Assembly: GCA_016302065.1 (NCBI GenBank)
Contig: JAEDOI010000001.1
Span: 2,754-66,753, forward strand
Length of the DNA stretch: 64,000 nt
Origin: Bacilli bacterium
GTDB lineage: Bacteria; Bacillota_I; Bacilli_A; RFN20; CAG-826
Reading direction: 5' to 3'
The notes under the pieces were generated by a model. That model was given only the letters and a program-made list of their open reading frames with translations. It had not been told where the DNA came from and ran no database searches. Position 1 is the first letter of the stretch. Each line of letters begins with the position of its first letter. A program made the translations under genes and the position numbers. Of this stretch, positions 59,626-64,000 are shown in pieces.

Positions 59626-60912
59626 ACCCACTTTTTTATAAATTTCTTCAACATTTTGATAATAAAAATCAAAATTCTTAAATGATTCAATCGTTTCTAA
59701 AGAGAATAAAGAATTTAGTTCTTTATTCTTTTTTAAAAGAACAAAGAAATCAATGTTATTTTCGTATGCTTCATAAGCAATTGGTTGAATTAAATCATAA
59801 GCATATTCTCTAGTATATCCTTTATTAATTAGCTCAGTTAATACTCGCTGAGAATAAATAATATTATTTGTTAAAGATATGTTTTTAAGCATATTTTCTG
59901 GATAGATAATAAGTGTAGAAATTATTTTTGTCATTCTTGTAATCATGTATTCAATTAAAGTAATACCATCTGCTAAAGATACTCTTTCTACGCATGAATG
60001 ACTTATATCTCTTTCGTGAAATAAAGCCATATCTTCATAAATAGAAGCCATATATCCTCTTAAAATACGGGCACATCCACAAATATTTTCACTTCCAATA
60101 GGATTATGTTTATGAGGCATAGCTGAAGATCCTTTTTGATTTTTAGAAAAATATTCACTTACTTCATGAACCTCAGTTCTAGCTAAATTTCTAATCTCTA
60201 ATCCGATTTTTTCTAATAAACCTCCAATTAAAGCAATTGTAGAAATATAATAGGCATGTCTATCTCTTTGAAGTACTTGGGTTGAAATATTTGCTTCATT
60301 TATTCCTAATTCTTTACAAATAAAAGATTGAGCTTCTAAAGGAAGATAAATGCTAGTTCCTATAGCTCCAGAAATTTTTCCAGTTTCTATATCTTGCCTT
60401 GCTTCACTAAATCTTTTTAAATCTCTATTTAATTCATCATAGTATAGAGCCCATTTAAGACCAAAAAAAGTAATATCAGCATGAATTCCATGAGTTCTTC
60501 CAATACAAGGTGTCTTTTTATACATTAAAGCTTCTTCTTTTAAAACTTCTTTTAACTTTAAAAGTTTATTATAGATAATATCGTTTGCTTCTTTATATAT
60601 TTTTGCACTGGCTGTATCTACAACATCAGTAGAAGTTAATCCATAATGAATCCATCTTTTTTCTTCTCCTAAATAAGAAGAAACATTTCTAGTAAAAGCA
60701 ATTACATCATGTTTTGTTTCTTTTTCAATTTCTAATATTCCATCTAAATCAAAAGAAGCATTACTTTTAATTTTTTCATATTCATCTTTTGATATTTTAT
60801 TAATTGAATATAAATAATCAACAAGAGCTAGTTCGACATCTAAATATTTTCTAAATTTGTTGTTTAAAGAAAATATTTCTTTCATTTCTTTGCTAGAATA
60901 TCTATCAATCAT
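59620..60912 (-). CDS. purB: adenylosuccinate lyase
   Basis: The N-terminus MIDRYSSKEM and fumarate-lyase family regions match. Length is 430 aa. Confidence 0.85.
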   Translation of the reverse strand: MIDRYSSKEMKEIFSLNNKFRKYLDVELALVDYLYSINKISKDEYEKIKSNASFDLDGILEIEKETKHDVIAFTRNVSSYLGEEKRWIHYGLTSTDVVDTASAKIYKEANDIIYNKLLKLKEVLKEEALMYKKTPCIGRTHGIHADITFFGLKWALYYDELNRDLKRFSEARQDIETGKISGAIGTSIYLPLEAQSFICKELGINEANISTQVLQRDRHAYYISTIALIGGLLEKIGLEIRNLARTEVHEVSEYFSKNQKGSSAMPHKHNPIGSENICGCARILRGYMASIYEDMALFHERDISHSCVERVSLADGITLIEYMITRMTKIISTLIIYPENMLKNISLTNNIIYSQRVLTELINKGYTREYAYDLIQPIAYEAYENNIDFFVLLKKNKELNSLFSLETIESFKNFDFYYQNVEEIYKKVGL

Positions 60913-62188
60913 TGAAAATATCCTCTTTTATAATAGTAGCATCTCTATCTGGTCCAACACTAATGAAAGCAACTTTGCAATTACAATATTCTTCAATAAA
61001 GCTTATATATTCTTTTGTTTCTTTTGGTAAAGAAGCGTAATCTTTAATCTTAGATATATCTTCTTTCCAAGGTTTCATCTCCTTATAAATTGGTTTACAT
61101 CTATTAAGTTCACTAATTGTTGAAGGAATATAATCAATAATTTTTCCATCTAATTCATAGTGTGTACAAATTTTAAGTGGTGAAATGTTAGTTAAAACAT
61201 CAAGAAGCATTAATGATAGATAATTAGTTCCCGATATTTCAATTGCATTTTTAACGACTACTAAATCTAAATATCCGACTCTTCTAGGACGTTTTGTAAC
61301 CGTTCCATATTCGTGGCCTATTTCTCTTATAGTATCTCCAATTTCATTATTTAATTCTGTGACGAATGGACCTTCACCAACTCTTGTCGTGTAAGCTTTC
61401 ATAATACCTACAACTTTTGAAATTGATTGAGGTGGAATAGAAGCGTTAATTGATACAGAATTTGCAAGTGGTGAAGAAGAGGTAACATAAGGATATGTTC
61501 CATTATCTAAGCAAAGCATGGCGCCTTGTGCACCTTCAAAAAGTATATTTTTTCCTTCTTTAATTGCTTTACGAAGAAAAACAGAAGTATCGATGATATG
61601 TTCTTCTAGAATTGGCTTTAAAGAGATTAATTTGTTATAAAGTTCTTCTAAATCATATTCTTTTTTATTTACCATTCTTAAAGTTAAGTTTTTAATTGGC
61701 AAAATTTCTTCTAATCTCTTTTTTAAATATTCAGGTTCTAAAATATCTCCAACCCTAATTCCCAGCCTTGAAGCTCTATCAGAATAACAAGGTCCAATAC
61801 CTTTTTTTGTTGTACCAATTTTACCATTCTTTAATAGTTCTTCATAAGCTCCATCTAAATCGAGATGATAAGGCATAATTATATGAGCTCTTGAAGAAAT
61901 ATAAAGATTAAAGTTTGTAATTCCTTTTTCTTTTAATGTATTAATTTCTTCAATTAAAGAAAATAAATTAACGACACAACCATTAGCAATAACATTAATA
62001 ATTTTAGGATTTATTATTCCACTAGGAAGACTCTTTAATGCATATCTTACACCATTAACAACAAGTGAATGGCCTGCATTGTTACCACCTTGATGGCGGC
62101 AGACAATATCCATATGACTTGCAAGATAATCTGTAATTTTACCTTTACCTTCATCTCCCCATTGTAAACCTTCAAGAACAAAAACCAT
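60905..62188 (-). CDS. purA: adenylosuccinate synthetase
   Basis: GDEGKGKITD P-loop and a GHS region. Length is 427 aa. Confidence 0.9.
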   Translation of the reverse strand: MVFVLEGLQWGDEGKGKITDYLASHMDIVCRHQGGNNAGHSLVVNGVRYALKSLPSGIINPKIINVIANGCVVNLFSLIEEINTLKEKGITNFNLYISSRAHIIMPYHLDLDGAYEELLKNGKIGTTKKGIGPCYSDRASRLGIRVGDILEPEYLKKRLEEILPIKNLTLRMVNKKEYDLEELYNKLISLKPILEEHIIDTSVFLRKAIKEGKNILFEGAQGAMLCLDNGTYPYVTSSSPLANSVSINASIPPQSISKVVGIMKAYTTRVGEGPFVTELNNEIGDTIREIGHEYGTVTKRPRRVGYLDLVVVKNAIEISGTNYLSLMLLDVLTNISPLKICTHYELDGKIIDYIPSTISELNRCKPIYKEMKPWKEDISKIKDYASLPKETKEYISFIEEYCNCKVAFISVGPDRDATIIKEDIFND

Positions 62189-62189
62189 A

Positions 62190-63608
62190 CTATTTAGCCT
62201 CTCTTTCTATAATTGTTGAAGCAATATATACTCCACATGCTCCAGCTTGAGCAAGACCTCTAGTGATACCTGCTCCATCACCTCCAACAAATAGGTTTTT
62301 AATATTTTTAACTTCTAATTCATTATTAATTTCAGGGTGAGCACTATAATATTTTGCTTCAACACCATAAAGTAAAGTATGTTCAGTAGCAATTCCTGGA
62401 GTAATAGAGTCTAAAACTTCGATCATTTCCATAATTGATTTCATAGTTTTATAAGGTAAGCATAAAGCTAAATCTCCTGGAACTGCCTCTTTTAATGTTG
62501 GCTTAATAAATGATTCATTGATACGTTTAACCGTTGATCTTCTTCCTGCTAGAATATCTCCATATCTTTGAACAATAACTGAACCACAAGCTAATTGATT
62601 AGCAAGGGAAGATACTTTTAAAGCATATTCGTTAGGTTTTTTAAATGGTTCTTCAAAGTGGTGAGATACAAGAAGGGCAAAGTTTGTATTTTGGCTTCCT
62701 AATTTTGCATCATTATAGGAATGACCATTAACGTTAACAACACCTTCATAATTTTCCATAACAACATGTCCGCTTGGATTAGAGCAGAATGTTCTAACAG
62801 TAGTGCCTACACTTGTTCTATAAACAAATTTTCCTTCATATAGATTTTGATTAATTTCATCCATAATCAAATTAGATGTTTCGACTCTAACACCAATATC
62901 AACTTGATTTTGACTCATCTTAATATTTCTCTTTTCAAAAATATCGTTAAGCCATTTGCTACCTTCTCTTCCAACAGCTAAAAGCACATACTTAGATTTG
63001 ATTTCCTCATTATTATCTAGTAAAACGCCTTCAATTGCATCATTATTTACAACAATATCTTTTACAGATCTTTGGAAAATCATTGTGATTTTTTCACTTA
63101 AAAATCTATATATTCTCTCTAATATTTTAATATTTTCCTCAGTTCCTAAATGTCTAACTTTACTTCTTAAAAGTTTAACACCTACTGAAATTGCTCTTCT
63201 TTCGATTTCTTTTACTTTTGGAGTATCAGGATTAGTAATAACATTTGTTGCTCCAAATTTAAGGTTAATAGAATCAACATAATTTATTAATTCTAATAAT
63301 TTTTCATCACTAATATAAGAATTTAACCATCCTCCAAATTCATTAGTGATATTAAATTTTCCATCACTATAAGCTCCGCTTCCACCAAACCCATTGGTTA
63401 TTGAGCAAGCTGGAAAGCATTCTCTTCTTCCGTCTTTTGTTTGAGGACATTTTTCTAATTTATGTTGCATAACTGGACATCTTCTTTTAAGAATATCGAG
63501 TCCTCTATCAATTAAGCAAACCTTAAGGTCAGGTCTTTTTGTTGCGAGCTCATACGCACTAAAATACCCACATGGCCCCGCACCAACAATGATTACATCA
63601 AATTCCAT
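62190..63608 (-). CDS. FAD-dependent oxidoreductase of the uncharacterised COG2509-like family
   Basis: The N-terminus has the GAGPCG dinucleotide-binding motif. GFGGSGAYSDGKF and Cys-containing segments are also present. Length is 472 aa. Confidence 0.6.
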   Translation of the reverse strand: MEFDVIIVGAGPCGYFSAYELATKRPDLKVCLIDRGLDILKRRCPVMQHKLEKCPQTKDGRRECFPACSITNGFGGSGAYSDGKFNITNEFGGWLNSYISDEKLLELINYVDSINLKFGATNVITNPDTPKVKEIERRAISVGVKLLRSKVRHLGTEENIKILERIYRFLSEKITMIFQRSVKDIVVNNDAIEGVLLDNNEEIKSKYVLLAVGREGSKWLNDIFEKRNIKMSQNQVDIGVRVETSNLIMDEINQNLYEGKFVYRTSVGTTVRTFCSNPSGHVVMENYEGVVNVNGHSYNDAKLGSQNTNFALLVSHHFEEPFKKPNEYALKVSSLANQLACGSVIVQRYGDILAGRRSTVKRINESFIKPTLKEAVPGDLALCLPYKTMKSIMEMIEVLDSITPGIATEHTLLYGVEAKYYSAHPEINNELEVKNIKNLFVGGDGAGITRGLAQAGACGVYIASTIIEREAK

Positions 63609-63754
63609 ATTTCACTCCTTAATTACTACTTAATTTTATATAATAAAATTATTATTTCAATACTCTTATATAATTCTTAATAGAAATATAATTGTGAGAT
63701 ATTTTATATTATTGATTTAATTTAAATTTTAAAAATTAAGAAAATAAGTGGGAT

Positions 63755-64000
63755 TTAATATAGTTTTTTAAAAATTTCACCTACTTTTCCTTTTATAAAA
63801 AGCTTTATTTTACGGTTTATTATTTGATCATCATTGTTTATCAAGACAATATTATCTCCATAGAAATAATATATTAAGCTATTTGCTGGATAAACATTCA
63901 AACTAGTTCCAGCAATTATTAATAAATCGGCTTGTTCTATTGCAAATCTAGCTTTTAAAAAAGCATATTCATTTACTGGCTCTTCATATAAAGTTACATC
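63755..64000 (-). CDS. Sir2-family NAD-dependent protein deacylase, C-terminal part; the gene continues beyond the window end
   Basis: ADLLIIAGTSLNVYPA matches the sirtuin GTSLxVxPA motif. Confidence 0.65.
   Translation of the reverse strand, partial: DVTLYEEPVNEYAFLKARFAIEQADLLIIAGTSLNVYPANSLIYYFYGDNIVLINNDDQIINRKIKLFIKGKVGEIFKKLY

Overview
This is a very AT-rich (about 30% GC) low-GC Gram-positive or Mollicutes-like chromosomal segment. Membrane-anchored lipoproteins with lipobox cysteines and Mycoplasma/Acholeplasma-type Opp and MalK ATPases with long coiled-coil insertions support this. TGA is used as a stop codon and Trp is TGG, so the standard code applies.

Gene content:
(1) An L-rhamnose/rhamnoside catabolic cluster holds two intracellular GH78 alpha-L-rhamnosidases, rhaD, rhaB, a MalK/MsmK-like ATPase and an RpiB/LacAB-family isomerase. 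No canonical rhaA is present in the window.
(2) Nucleotide salvage genes comprise a nucleoside phosphorylase, a BMP-family nucleoside ABC transporter, upp, purB and purA. A candidate guanine-type purine riboswitch precedes the transporter.
(3) A Mollicutes-type OppABCDF is present, with large insertions in OppC, OppD and OppF.
(4) Several large surface proteins are encoded. One appears split by a frameshift at a 14-bp direct repeat.
(5) Seven tRNAs are present: Ala, Leu, Asp, Phe, Ile, Val and Thr.
(6) Housekeeping genes include rplM-rpsI, galU, yebC, cysE, a dxs-like gene, degV, PAP2, DMT and HAD genes.

The most unusual region is 48.6-52.2 kb, directly downstream of tRNA-Asp/tRNA-Phe. It holds about 1 kb of decayed gene remnants, then a textbook sigma70 promoter with an operator in its spacer. 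That promoter drives an XRE repressor, an ImmA/IrrE metallopeptidase and three small genes. From memory these resemble DUF4417, a DUF6883-like protein and DUF4926. This looks like the regulatory and cargo end of a degraded integrative element and is the best candidate here for an uncharacterised system. No CRISPR array, rRNA or intact transposase was seen.
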